The position numbers and the translations under genes are program-made. DNA of 35,167 bases, taken from the sequence record SRR2962707_4996; one strand, 5' to 3'. The notes beneath the pieces were generated by a model. The model was not told the origin of the DNA. It was given only the letters and a program-made list of their open reading frames with translations, and made no database searches. Positions 1 to 9,277 of the stretch are shown piece after piece. The stretch's first letter is position 1, and the number at the start of each line of letters is the position of its first letter.

Positions 1-36
1 CAGAGGTCGCGCGTTCGAATCGCGCCGGGTGCACCA
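1..36 (+). tRNA. 3' part of a tRNA, probably tRNA-Arg(CCG); 5' part lies outside the window
   Basis: T-arm GCGCG-TTCGAAT-CGCGC (9-25), acceptor 3' strand CGGGTGC, discriminator A and encoded CCA (34-36). The anticodon is off-window. Identity is inferred from the GGCAGAGGTC...GGGTGCACCA pattern and from the distal copy CTGACCTCTGAAGGCAG, which resembles the Arg-CCG arm CTGCCCTCCGAAGGCAG. Confidence 0.85.
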
Positions 37-170
37 GTATTTTCAATGGGTTAGCTTGATTCTTATTTTTCGGATTTTCGAAAAGTAACCACCGAATGTT
101 TTGTTTCGCGGTCACCAAACTCCTTCAGCGGACACGCAACAACACGATGCCCTATTTGTCTCGCTAACTA

Positions 171-527
171 CTATTTGTATTTAATGTGCAGCTCTACTTG
201 CTCGATGGGTAGTTTTAAATAATCAGCGTGCAACGGATTAATGCGCTTTTTGTATCCTGACTGTTGTGAAAGCCATTTGAAAAATGGCGTAAGACGACGA
301 GTGTTGAGACAGCGGTTGCATCTGTCTTTTCAGAACTCTGAAAATGCTTTCTAAATCGCATCGCGTTGTCGTTATTGAATTTTCCAAAGTCGGCTCTACG
401 CCTGAACTTCTCATATTGATCTATCGCTTTTTCTGCTCGCCAGAGCGCTCTCTGCTTTTCCATCGACATGCTCTAGATGCTGTTAATGCTTTAGTTTCAT
501 GAACTCACTTGGGTGAATTTTTTTCAT
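171..527 (-). pseudogene. Tyrosine recombinase/integrase N-terminal remnant (one stop, two frameshifts, truncated)
   Basis: ATG at 527 with an AAGGGA RBS. Stitched translation: MKKIHPSEFMKLKH*QHLEHVDGKAESAL / WRAEKAIDQYEKFRRRADFGKFNNDNAMRFRKHF...VSTLVVLRHF / FKWLSQQSGYKKRINPLHADYLKL. This resembles the N-terminus of alphaproteobacterial island integrases (recognised from memory, not searched). Confidence 0.6.
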
Positions 528-789
528 AATAATAGATCCCTTTTTAGAGAGTGAGCGTGAGATTGATCAAAAATCAAAGCTTGTTTGTGCTGACGCTTTG
601 GACGCCTTTAAGTCGGCATCCAAGCTAGGGTTACCAGTTACTAATAAGAGTTGTCTCCACGCGCTTTCTGCCGATAAAAAATGCAGAAATTGCCGCAGCC
701 AAATGGTCTTGGATTATATCCACCATCAATCTATAAGGCGGCATCACAAAAGTAGTTCGATCGCATCAGGATTGACCGAGGGCAAGAAT

Positions 790-1704
790 TTGAAACTAAG
801 AATAGCAACGAGGAGCAGTAAGTTAGCCTTGTGGCAGGCACATTACTTTGCTGACCTTATCTCAGCACATGTGCCCGGTGCGACTCCCGAAATCATGCCC
901 TTGGTTACTGATGGTGATCGCATTCAAGATCGCCCCTTGCATGAAGTTGAAGGCAAGACACTGTTTATAAAAGAAGTTGAGCATGCACTTTTGTCAGGCG
1001 CCGCAGAAATTGCGGTTCACTGCTTTAAAGATTACCATCCTCAAACTCCGCCTGAATTTTTGATTGCCGCCTACTTGCCAGGCGAATCTGATCGCGATCT
1101 TTTAATCACAAGAATGCCTATAGAAAACGTGATGGAATTACCCCACGGCGCTAAAGTTGGTACAACCAGTCAGCGCCGTAGATTTTTTATGCGAAAACAA
1201 AGGCCAGATTTAAAGTTCGCAATGCTCCGCGGCAACATTGATTCTCGGTTAGCGCGCCTAATCGCTGGTGAATTTGACGCGATTATTTTGGCAGAGGCGG
1301 GTATAAACCGGCTTAGCATAAATTTAGAAAACAGTTTGGTTTTGCCAGACGAGGTTATGCTTCCAGCCGTAGGCCAAGGTGCGCTTGCTGTAGAAGTTCT
1401 GGCTTCTAACACAGAACTCGCTGCGGCTTTGGCGCAGTTTAACCACGAACCAACGCAAGTGCGCGTTCAGGCCGAGCGCGCATTTATCAGCGGTCTTTCT
1501 GCAAATTGTAAATCCGCTGTTGGCGTCACCTGTCTATTTGAAGACGGCGGCAATATTCGCCTTAAAGGTCACGTTGGGCATCCAACGACTCTCGAAGATA
1601 TATCAGGTGAAATTACCGGCCCTGCCGATAAAGCCAAGCAAATCGGCCATGAACTCGCACAGCAATTCCTAGCGCGCGGCGCAGCCCGCCTGCTTGAAGA
1701 GTAA
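790..1704 (+). CDS. hemC: Hydroxymethylbilane synthase (porphobilinogen deaminase), divergent solitary copy
   Basis: Motifs LRIATRSSKLALWQA, GK-LF-KE, AVHCFKD (catalytic Asp), GTTSQRR, RGNIDSRL, PAVGQGAL, and cofactor Cys in LSANCKSAVG. Start moved from 598 to TTG 790 (GAGGG RBS, start of homology). Confidence 0.92.
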   Translation: MKLRIATRSSKLALWQAHYFADLISAHVPGATPEIMPLVTDGDRIQDRPLHEVEGKTLFIKEVEHALLSGAAEIAVHCFKDYHPQTPPEFLIAAYLPGESDRDLLITRMPIENVMELPHGAKVGTTSQRRRFFMRKQRPDLKFAMLRGNIDSRLARLIAGEFDAIILAEAGINRLSINLENSLVLPDEVMLPAVGQGALAVEVLASNTELAAALAQFNHEPTQVRVQAERAFISGLSANCKSAVGVTCLFEDGGNIRLKGHVGHPTTLEDISGEITGPADKAKQIGHELAQQFLARGAARLLEE

Positions 1705-1741
1705 TTATTCCTCATTACGGCGGCTTACCTATTTTCTCTTT

Positions 1742-2833
1742 CTAGACCTTGAAGGCAATTGCGTCTTCCGGCTTCCAACTTAACGTAATTTGCGAACCAA
1801 CGGCTAAGTCAGCCGGCTTCTCATAATGGCGAATGCGTGTTGTTAGCGCCCCGTCGGTGCTGGTCCCAAAAACTAAACGCAGATGATCACCATAATAAAC
1901 GGTATCAGTCACGACGGCGGCGAACGAATTTGGCGTGCCTTTGGCACTTACGTGCACATCCTCTGGACGCACCATTACTTTCACCCGCTCGCCAATTTTA
2001 CGCGGCCTATGCGAGGTCGCTAATATCTCAGCATCATATTTTTCAAGCTTTATAGCGATGAGATTGCCATATTCAACCTTGGTCACTTTTCCGTCTAAGG
2101 AATTATTTTCGCCCATAAAACTTGCGACAAATTTATTTGCGGGCTTGGCATACATTTCCTCAGGCGTGCCAATTTGTTGAATCTTGCCTTCGTTGAAAAC
2201 TGCGACGCGGTCAGACATTGTCAGCGCTTCGGTTTGATCATGTGTCACGTAAAGCATGGTAATGTTGAGCTCATGATGCAGGCGCTTAATTTCTAACTGC
2301 ATATGCTCGCGCAGCTGTTTATCCAGCGCGCCAAGCGGTTCATCCATCAAAATCATTTTGGGGTCAAAAACGATAGAACGCGCAAGCGCCACCCTTTGTG
2401 CCTGACCACCTGATAGCTGGCTGGGTTTGCGGTTTGCAAAATCGCCGAGCTTAACGATATCGAGCGTGCGTTTAACCCGTTCGGTGATTTCGCTTTTCGC
2501 GACTTTTCGCATTCGAAGTGGGAAAGCTAGATTTTCCGCAACTGTCATATGCGGAAACAAAGCGTAGTTCTGGAAAACCATGCCGAAGTTCCGCTTATAG
2601 GTCGGGACATCCGTAATTGCCTTGCCATCAAACATGATGCTTCCAGCTGACGGAGATTCAAAACCAGCAAGCATCATCAATGTTGTCGTTTTCCCAGACC
2701 CAGAAGGCCCGAGCAAAGTAAGAAACTCATTCTTGGCAATATCCAAATTAAGTCCGTGAACGACATTCACTTTTTGATCGTAGCTTTTTTCAACGTCCTT
2801 GAAGACGACGTATGGTACGATTTTGGTTGTCAT
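1742..2833 (-). CDS. Polyamine/opine-type ABC transporter ATP-binding subunit (PotA-like)
   Basis: Walker A GPSGSGKT, LSGGQ signature, MDEPLGALD, C-terminal TOBE-like region. Confidence 0.93.
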   Translation of the reverse strand: MTTKIVPYVVFKDVEKSYDQKVNVVHGLNLDIAKNEFLTLLGPSGSGKTTTLMMLAGFESPSAGSIMFDGKAITDVPTYKRNFGMVFQNYALFPHMTVAENLAFPLRMRKVAKSEITERVKRTLDIVKLGDFANRKPSQLSGGQAQRVALARSIVFDPKMILMDEPLGALDKQLREHMQLEIKRLHHELNITMLYVTHDQTEALTMSDRVAVFNEGKIQQIGTPEEMYAKPANKFVASFMGENNSLDGKVTKVEYGNLIAIKLEKYDAEILATSHRPRKIGERVKVMVRPEDVHVSAKGTPNSFAAVVTDTVYYGDHLRLVFGTSTDGALTTRIRHYEKPADLAVGSQITLSWKPEDAIAFKV

Positions 2834-2845
2834 TGATCTTTCCTA

Positions 2846-3640
2846 CTATGCATTTTTATTGGACTTTAGCCGCTCGCCACGTCGCCTGACGAATTCGGAT
2901 ATGAATAACAGTACGAATGAGAACACCACCATAATTACCGCTGCTGCGCTGATGGTTGGGCTGAGAAACTCGCGAAGGCCGGCAAACATCTGTCTAGGCA
3001 ATGTAAATTGACCAGGGCCTGTAATGAAAATGGCGATCACCAATTCATCAAATGAGGTTGCGAAGGCAAATATTGCACCGGCAATAACACCTGGCATTAT
3101 CATGGGTAGAACAACCTCACGAAATGCAGTTACCGGATGCGCGCCGAGTGACAATGCCGCTCGCAATAAATTCATATCGAACGTCTGAAGTGAAGCCAGC
3201 ACAGTGATCACCACATAAGGCGCTGCAATAATAGTGTGCGCAATAACCAGTCCCCAAAGGGAGTTGGCAATGCCAACTGTTGAAAATGCGAGATACATTG
3301 ATGTAGCGGTCACGATCAGTGGAACGACCATTGGCAAAGACAGCGCCGCCAAAACAAGCTTTTTGCCGCGGAACTCAGAATAGTTGATACCGAACGCCGC
3401 CATTGTTCCGAGCAACCCTGCCAAGATCATTGTAGCAAATCCCACGACAAAGCTGTTTTTCGTGGCAGATAACCAGCGCTCACTGAGGAAAAAGTCCGCA
3501 TACCACTGCAGTGAGTAACCCGGAACCGGCAAGGTGAGCACAGAACTTGAAGAAAAAGACAACGGGAAAATCACAAATATTGGTGAGAGCATAAACAGCA
3601 AAACCAACATCGCAAATCCAGGTACGACAAAACGCATCAT
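2846..3640 (-). CDS. ABC transporter permease (PotC-like)
   Basis: Multiple TM helices, EAA-like loop RAALSLGA, SFDE motif. Confidence 0.92.
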   Translation of the reverse strand: MMRFVVPGFAMLVLLFMLSPIFVIFPLSFSSSSVLTLPVPGYSLQWYADFFLSERWLSATKNSFVVGFATMILAGLLGTMAAFGINYSEFRGKKLVLAALSLPMVVPLIVTATSMYLAFSTVGIANSLWGLVIAHTIIAAPYVVITVLASLQTFDMNLLRAALSLGAHPVTAFREVVLPMIMPGVIAGAIFAFATSFDELVIAIFITGPGQFTLPRQMFAGLREFLSPTISAAAVIMVVFSFVLLFISEFVRRRGERLKSNKNA

Positions 3641-3655
3641 AATGATTTATCCCCT

Positions 3656-4834
3656 TTATGCCCGAACGCCTTTGCCCATATCAGGCAAAAGAAACTTCGT
3701 GATTGCGATAGTAATACCGGTGAATAGCAACAGCAGAACCGCCAGCGATGATGCCATGCCAAGGTTGATGGTCTGGTTGGCAAAGAATGCGATGTAGTAG
3801 CTGATCATCTGATCTTGTAATCCACCGACAAGTGCAGGCGTTACATAAAAACCGACAGACAACATAAATACGATCACTGCCCCCGCCGCAACGCCGGGCA
3901 TCGTCAGTGGCAAATACACTGTTACGAATTGCCGCCAAGGCGGCGCACCGAGCGATGCCGCGGCTTTAATATATTCTGTCCCAAGGCGCTTCATCACACT
4001 GTGCAACGGCAAAATAAAGAACGGCAACAGCACATGAACCATCGCGATATAAACAGCAAAACGCGTGAAAATCATGGTCATCGGTTCTTCGATCAGACCC
4101 GCCGCCATCAGCGCAGCATTTATCGGCCCTTCACGTTGCAGCAGAATAAACCACGCAGTCGTGCGCACGAGTATTGAAGTCCAAAATGGTATGAGCACGA
4201 ATAACATCGCATAGCTGGCAGCGCGATCAGACAATGTCGAAATAAAATAGGCTGTCGGGTATCCAAGCAAGATACAAAGCAAAGTCACAATAATACTGAT
4301 CTCAAATGTGCGTTTGAATAGATCAATGAAAATGGCTTGATCATCCTCCACTCTTTGCACACTACCTTTTGCGTCCAGTTCCAAATCCATTGCACGCAGC
4401 AAAAATTGCGCTGTGTATGGATTGGAGTTCTGTTTAATAACGCGCCATATCTCAGTCTGGCCAAACTCTGGGACAGCTTCAGAAAGGCTTGACGCATAAG
4501 GCGCTTTTAATTCGTCAGCGACGCGCCTTGCCTTCATAAGTGTGGATCGTGAGCCCGATTGTTGAAAATTTAAGCGGCGCGTCATAGCGCCGAAAGACTG
4601 TCCTGTTTCAGCGGCGCGAACATCAGCAATAAAGGCAGCATATATCTCTTCTGAAGGCGGATTATCAGCGGTCCATGATTCCAATGCTGCCGTAGTTCTT
4701 GGTAGCGCAGCCGTGACTTCAGGATTTTTAATAGATTTGATGAGCGTGTAGCCAATAGGCAAAATAAACGCCATTGATATGAGCATCAGCAAGGGGGCAA
4801 CGAGCATCCACGATATTCTTGTTTTACGGCCCAT
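3656..4834 (-). CDS. ABC transporter permease (PotB-like) with periplasmic insertion
   Basis: LIPFWTSILVR, KAAASLGA and FYVTPALVGG motifs. Confidence 0.92.
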   Translation of the reverse strand: MGRKTRISWMLVAPLLMLISMAFILPIGYTLIKSIKNPEVTAALPRTTAALESWTADNPPSEEIYAAFIADVRAAETGQSFGAMTRRLNFQQSGSRSTLMKARRVADELKAPYASSLSEAVPEFGQTEIWRVIKQNSNPYTAQFLLRAMDLELDAKGSVQRVEDDQAIFIDLFKRTFEISIIVTLLCILLGYPTAYFISTLSDRAASYAMLFVLIPFWTSILVRTTAWFILLQREGPINAALMAAGLIEEPMTMIFTRFAVYIAMVHVLLPFFILPLHSVMKRLGTEYIKAAASLGAPPWRQFVTVYLPLTMPGVAAGAVIVFMLSVGFYVTPALVGGLQDQMISYYIAFFANQTINLGMASSLAVLLLLFTGITIAITKFLLPDMGKGVRA

Positions 4835-4860
4835 TGTAACGCTCCTGCACGATGAAATTA

Positions 4861-4887
4861 GTCCGCAATCATTGCATGAATGCGGAC
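4861..4887 (-). other. Intercistronic hairpin after the substrate-binding protein gene
   Basis: GTCCGCA...TGCGGAC inverted repeat between the SBP and first permease genes, a typical mRNA stabiliser/attenuator position in ABC operons. Confidence 0.55.
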
Positions 4888-4907
4888 CAAATCTAATTAA
4901 TTAGATA

Positions 4908-5939
4908 TTATTGAGCAGCCCAAGAAGTGAACCGCGCCTCTAAATCATCACCATTGGCAATCCAAAACTCAGTGCTGATGAAAAGACCCTCGTCAGCGTG
5001 GTTCAAAACCATGCCAGGATTTTTGGCACGAATGTCTGGATCTTGGTTGATTTCTTTGTTCGCTGGCGAAGAAGGATAAGCTGCAGCTTGTGCTCTTAGC
5101 GGGCCAGCATCGGTAATCCAGTCAATGAGTTCCATCGCTTCAGCTTCGTTAGCCGAGCCTTTCACAGCAGCCCAATAGTCAACAGAATACAGCAATGTAT
5201 TCCAGTTCATATCATAATTCGAACCTTCGTCATTGGCGCGAATGATGCGGCCTGTGTAACCAAATGCATAGTCTACTTCGCCGCTGCCGATAAATTGCAG
5301 CGGTTGCGCACCAGATTTCCACCAAACGATATCAGATTTGATTTCATCGAGCTTAGCAAAAGCACGATCAACACCTTCTGGAGTTGATAATACATCGTAG
5401 ACTTCGCCGGCAGGAACACCGTCAGCCATAAGTGCAATTTCGAGTGTCATTTTAGGACCGGTACGCAAAGAACGTTTACCTGGGAATGTCGCTACATCCC
5501 AAAATTCTTGCAAGTTCGTTGGTCCAGTTTCATGGCGTGCTTTGTCATAAAACACTGTAACGCCCCAACCTGCTCCACCAACACCACATTCGTGGACGGC
5601 AGATTCAACAAATTTGCTTTTGTCGATGACATTGTAATCAAGTTTTTCGAAGACACCGTCTTCGCAGCCACGAACAAGTTCAGGTGCTTCAACCATGATA
5701 ACATCGATGGTTGGATCTCCCGCTTCAACCATCGAATAAACCTTGGCCATCTCGCCATTGTAGACATCATCTACAACTTTAATGCCCTTTTCCTTTTCAA
5801 AAGACTGGAACAAATATTCGCGTGCGCTGTCTTGATAGCCGCCGCCGAAACCGACTACGGTTAGATCTCGGGCGAGTGCAGTGGATGATAACCCTACGAC
5901 AAAAGCGGCGCTCATAAAGAGTGTGGATTTTATATTCAT
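4908..5939 (-). CDS. ABC transporter substrate-binding protein (PotD/PotF-like family)
   Basis: Signal peptide ending ALA-RD. Motifs FWDVATFPGKRSLR, LEIALMADGV and GVDRAFAKLD. GGAG RBS. Confidence 0.9.
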   Translation of the reverse strand: MNIKSTLFMSAAFVVGLSSTALARDLTVVGFGGGYQDSAREYLFQSFEKEKGIKVVDDVYNGEMAKVYSMVEAGDPTIDVIMVEAPELVRGCEDGVFEKLDYNVIDKSKFVESAVHECGVGGAGWGVTVFYDKARHETGPTNLQEFWDVATFPGKRSLRTGPKMTLEIALMADGVPAGEVYDVLSTPEGVDRAFAKLDEIKSDIVWWKSGAQPLQFIGSGEVDYAFGYTGRIIRANDEGSNYDMNWNTLLYSVDYWAAVKGSANEAEAMELIDWITDAGPLRAQAAAYPSSPANKEINQDPDIRAKNPGMVLNHADEGLFISTEFWIANGDDLEARFTSWAAQ

Positions 5940-5980
5940 TGTCTTGGTTCTCCTAACTAGACATCTGGATATTGAGCAAA

Positions 5981-6006
5981 TGTATTATAGATGCTACTTT
6001 AATACA
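5981..6006. promoter_or_regulatory. Putative upper-module operator TGTATTA-N12-TAATACA
   Basis: Perfect 7-bp inverted repeat upstream of the SBP gene. Related sites at 6073, 10500 and 11369. Confidence 0.6.
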
Positions 6007-6072
6007 ATCACCTTTTAACCAATCGGTCAACACGTCATATTTTCCGAAATGGGTTGCATTAGAAATGCATAA

Positions 6073-6098
6073 TGTAGTATTGTTATGCCAATAATACA
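6073..6098. promoter_or_regulatory. Putative upper-module operator TGTAGTA-N12-TAATACA
   Basis: Near-perfect inverted repeat just upstream of the aldehyde dehydrogenase RBS. Confidence 0.6.
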
Positions 6099-6111
6099 AA
6101 TGGAGCAGGCT

Positions 6112-7647
6112 ATGCTGGACAACGCAACAAATTCAAATATTTCACCAACCCCTTTGGATAGCAATGGCTTGCGCGTTTACGACCTTTATATTGATGGTGA
6201 GTTTCGCAAATCGGAATCTGGCGCCTATTTTGAAAGCACCGATCCTGTGTCGGGAGAAGTATGGTCAAAGGTCGCGCGGGCAACACCCGCGGATGTAGAT
6301 ACAGCATGCAAAGCTGCGCAAGCAGCATTTGAAAATCCTGAATGGCGATATATGTCGCAAAGCGACCGCGGCAGGTTATTGCGTAAATTGGGCGATTTAA
6401 TTCTGGAAAACTCCGATTGGCTCGCGCAAATTGAAATGAAAGATAATGGCAAGCTGATTGCTGAACTCAGCAATCAGATGCGATATTTGGCCAATTATTA
6501 TTATTACTATGGCGGTTTGGCCGATAAGATTGAAGGTTCTACAATTCCGACGGATAAGCCGGGTGTTTTTAATTTTACGCGTTACGAACCGCTTGGCGTT
6601 GTCGCATGCATTATGCCGTGGAATTCGCCGCTACCACTCACAAGCTTCAAATTGGCACCCGCGCTCGCTGCTGGTAATACAGTTGTATTAAAGCCGTCAG
6701 AATATACGTCGGCCTCACTGCTTGAACTGGTGAAGCTTGCAGAACTCGCTGGCTTTCCCAAAGGCGTAATCAATGTCGTTACTGGATTTGGCCATGAAAT
6801 TGGTAGCGCACTCGTTTCCCATCCATTGGTTGAGCGGATTGCCTTTACCGGCGGGCCGGAAGCTGGACGAATGATCAATGAACAAGCCGCTAAATCGATG
6901 AAACGCGTAACTCTAGAGTTGGGCGGCAAATCACCAAATATCATCTTCGAAGATGCTGATCTTGACCAAGCCATTAAAGGCGCCGTCGCTGGTATTTTCG
7001 CTGCATCTGGACAAACCTGTGTCGCCGGATCGCGGTTGCTACTCCAGCGGTCCATCCATGATGCCTTTTTGGAAAAATTGTGCCTCTTTTTAGAGGATAG
7101 CAAATTCGGCCATCCTTCAGATCCTGAAACGCAAATTGCACCTATCTCAACAACGCCCCAGATGAAGAAGATCGAGGAATATGTTGAAATTGCAAAAGCT
7201 GAAGGTGCCCGCTTGGTTCGCGGTGGCAAACGCGCAACCGTCGAAGGATACCCAAATGGCTTATTTTATGAGCCCACGATTTTTGCAGATGTTGATAACA
7301 AAATGCGCATTGCACAAGAAGAAGTGTTTGGCCCCGTTTTATCAATCATTCCCTTTGACGATGAAGATGATGCCGTCCGCATAGCAAATGATATTACATT
7401 CGGTCTGGCAGCTGGCATTTGGACGCAAAATCTTGCACGTGGGATCCGCATGACGGAAAGAGTGCGTGCGGGAACGATTTGGGTCAACAACTATCGATCC
7501 ACAAGTGTGACCTCACCGTTTGGCGGATTCAAAATGAGCGGCATCGGCCGCGAAGGCGGCATTGCTGGAATGATGGAATATCTAGAATTAAAAAGCGTAT
7601 GGATTTCGACAAATGTTGAAATTCCAAACCCGTTTATCAGACGTTAA
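6112..7647 (+). CDS. NAD(P)-dependent aldehyde dehydrogenase
   Basis: Motifs PWNSP, KPSE, FTGG, LELGGKSP (catalytic Glu), GQTCVAGS (catalytic Cys) and EEVFGP. ATG 6112 is preceded by GGAG. Confidence 0.95.
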   Translation: MLDNATNSNISPTPLDSNGLRVYDLYIDGEFRKSESGAYFESTDPVSGEVWSKVARATPADVDTACKAAQAAFENPEWRYMSQSDRGRLLRKLGDLILENSDWLAQIEMKDNGKLIAELSNQMRYLANYYYYYGGLADKIEGSTIPTDKPGVFNFTRYEPLGVVACIMPWNSPLPLTSFKLAPALAAGNTVVLKPSEYTSASLLELVKLAELAGFPKGVINVVTGFGHEIGSALVSHPLVERIAFTGGPEAGRMINEQAAKSMKRVTLELGGKSPNIIFEDADLDQAIKGAVAGIFAASGQTCVAGSRLLLQRSIHDAFLEKLCLFLEDSKFGHPSDPETQIAPISTTPQMKKIEEYVEIAKAEGARLVRGGKRATVEGYPNGLFYEPTIFADVDNKMRIAQEEVFGPVLSIIPFDDEDDAVRIANDITFGLAAGIWTQNLARGIRMTERVRAGTIWVNNYRSTSVTSPFGGFKMSGIGREGGIAGMMEYLELKSVWISTNVEIPNPFIRR

Positions 7648-8464
7648 TCGGGTTTGAGGCTTGGCTTGCAGGCACCCATTTAGGCGCTTCATCAAAATGA
7701 TTCTCCCGTGACAATGTCACGTGATATTCAAAATAATTCGGATTGTAGACAGCATCGACATATTGAACGGGGTTTCTGTTTGCATCAAGCATAACGCGCC
7801 GAACGCGGATAAGTGCCTGGCCAAGCGGCAGACGCAACCTCTGGGCTTCGGTTTCGCCAGCTGAAACCGCCGTTAGCTTTTGATCGATATCCATGACAAT
7901 GGTTCCAGTTTCCTCGATCGCCGTTGTCACGGTTTTATTCCCCAAAGCATCAACGTCGAGCAATTTTGCAATAGCTGACGGCACATAAACCCTGATGTGG
8001 GAAAACGGAATATCTTCAGCCAACCGCGTATATTCGATGCAAAGAACTTCTTCGTCTGTATTTTGAGAATGGGTTTCATCAATTGCCCATTGCGGCAATG
8101 GTGTCATTTCTGAACTTATCAGGTTGACCCTAGTTGTCGCCTCGAAGTCTTTGACGTTCTGATCAAACCCGCTGTAGTTTTCCGGCACGCTGCTTATAAT
8201 CGCGCTTGGATTTACGAAGGTGCCACGCCCGCGCAAGCGGGTGATCATATCGGCTTCTTCCAGTATGCTCATTGTGCGCCTGATTGTGACGCGAGAAACA
8301 TCAAAGCGGCTCGCCAACTCATGCTCGCCCGGCAATGGCGTATCTACTGGAAAGTCTCCACGCTCAATCTGCTTACGAATAATCTCGTAAACGCGGTAAT
8401 AAAGCGGAATAACATCCTGAACGGAGTTCTCACCTTTAGATTTCTTGTCTTGATGTAGTAACAT
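7637..8464 (-). CDS. GntR family regulator, HutC/UTRA subfamily
   Basis: wHTH motifs LPGEHELASRFDVSRVTIRR and RGRGTFV, C-terminal UTRA-like domain. Confidence 0.92.
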   Translation of the reverse strand: MLLHQDKKSKGENSVQDVIPLYYRVYEIIRKQIERGDFPVDTPLPGEHELASRFDVSRVTIRRTMSILEEADMITRLRGRGTFVNPSAIISSVPENYSGFDQNVKDFEATTRVNLISSEMTPLPQWAIDETHSQNTDEEVLCIEYTRLAEDIPFSHIRVYVPSAIAKLLDVDALGNKTVTTAIEETGTIVMDIDQKLTAVSAGETEAQRLRLPLGQALIRVRRVMLDANRNPVQYVDAVYNPNYFEYHVTLSRENHFDEAPKWVPASQASNPINV

Positions 8465-8539
8465 GGTGCAACCTGCTAGCAGATACGCATTAAGAACTCA
8501 AAACAAAACCATCTAGCCGCGCGAAATACCCACCAGATA

Positions 8540-9277
8540 TTACAGTGATAGTTGCGGTACAACGCCGTCCAGTACTTTTGAACTTTTTATGCCGAGGCTT
8601 CGCATCACCCACCAAGCACTGCAAATATTAGACGATAGGAAAGGGATTTTGCTTGACTGAGAGGCTTTTTGGATCGCGGGCACAGTGATCATTCCCGTTC
8701 CAGATAGGACCACGGCATCGGCATCTGTATCACCAATTTCATTAAGTGCCGTCGCTACTTCATCTGTGGTCAGTTCATAGGCTTTGAACTCCTCGGACAT
8801 CTTGCGAATTTTCACAACTTCAAGACCGAGGCTTTCCCAGTAAGCCACGGAAAGTGCCGTTAGCCAATCAGGGTAAGGAGAGACAAGCACGATTGATCGC
8901 GCGTTTAATGTGTCTAACGCTTGCGAAATTGCGAAGCTCGCGGTCGTCACACGTGCACCAATGTCTTTTGAGAACTGTTCACACAGGGCTTTATCTTCTA
9001 TCGCTCCATTGCGATAGGATGGGCCGGTCAGACCGATTGAAAGAGCATCCAACTTTATGGAGCCAAAATCGTGAACCTGCTTTGCATATTTCTCAAGATA
9101 TATCTGATTGCGCTCGTCTAATGTCGTGTTAGGCATCGGGCTGAAGCGCGAGAAATGCAGGCCAACACTGCTTGGCAGCAAATAGCGCATTTCTGGCTCA
9201 ACGGTCGGATTGGCCGGAGGAACCAATACGCCAACGCGGTAGTCTGGATCCATAATTTTTGCGTCAATCGTATTCAT
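8540..9277 (-). CDS. Asp/Glu racemase - maleate isomerase - arylmalonate decarboxylase fold protein lacking both canonical cysteines
   Basis: GVLVPPANPTVEPE, VSPYP and SSN motifs. GLTG and SGTG sit where GCT and SCT are expected. ATGA overlap with the upstream monooxygenase. Confidence 0.85.
   Translation of the reverse strand: MNTIDAKIMDPDYRVGVLVPPANPTVEPEMRYLLPSSVGLHFSRFSPMPNTTLDERNQIYLEKYAKQVHDFGSIKLDALSIGLTGPSYRNGAIEDKALCEQFSKDIGARVTTASFAISQALDTLNARSIVLVSPYPDWLTALSVAYWESLGLEVVKIRKMSEEFKAYELTTDEVATALNEIGDTDADAVVLSGTGMITVPAIQKASQSSKIPFLSSNICSAWWVMRSLGIKSSKVLDGVVPQLSL

Noticed and set aside
215-469. Independent 84-aa hypothetical protein
   Set aside because: Better explained as the middle fragment of a frameshifted integrase remnant.
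598-789. 64-aa N-terminal extension of HemC
   Set aside because: Homology starts at LKLRIATR, and an RBS precedes TTG 790. The extension is probably just open upstream frame.
6582-7229. 215-aa antisense ORF and the many other short overlapping ORFs in the track
   Set aside because: They shadow well-supported genes on the opposite strand or in another frame and have no recognisable motifs.
8454-8460. TGTAGTA operator half-site at the start of the UTRA-GntR gene
   Set aside because: There is no matching second half at the expected spacing, so it is too weak to call.
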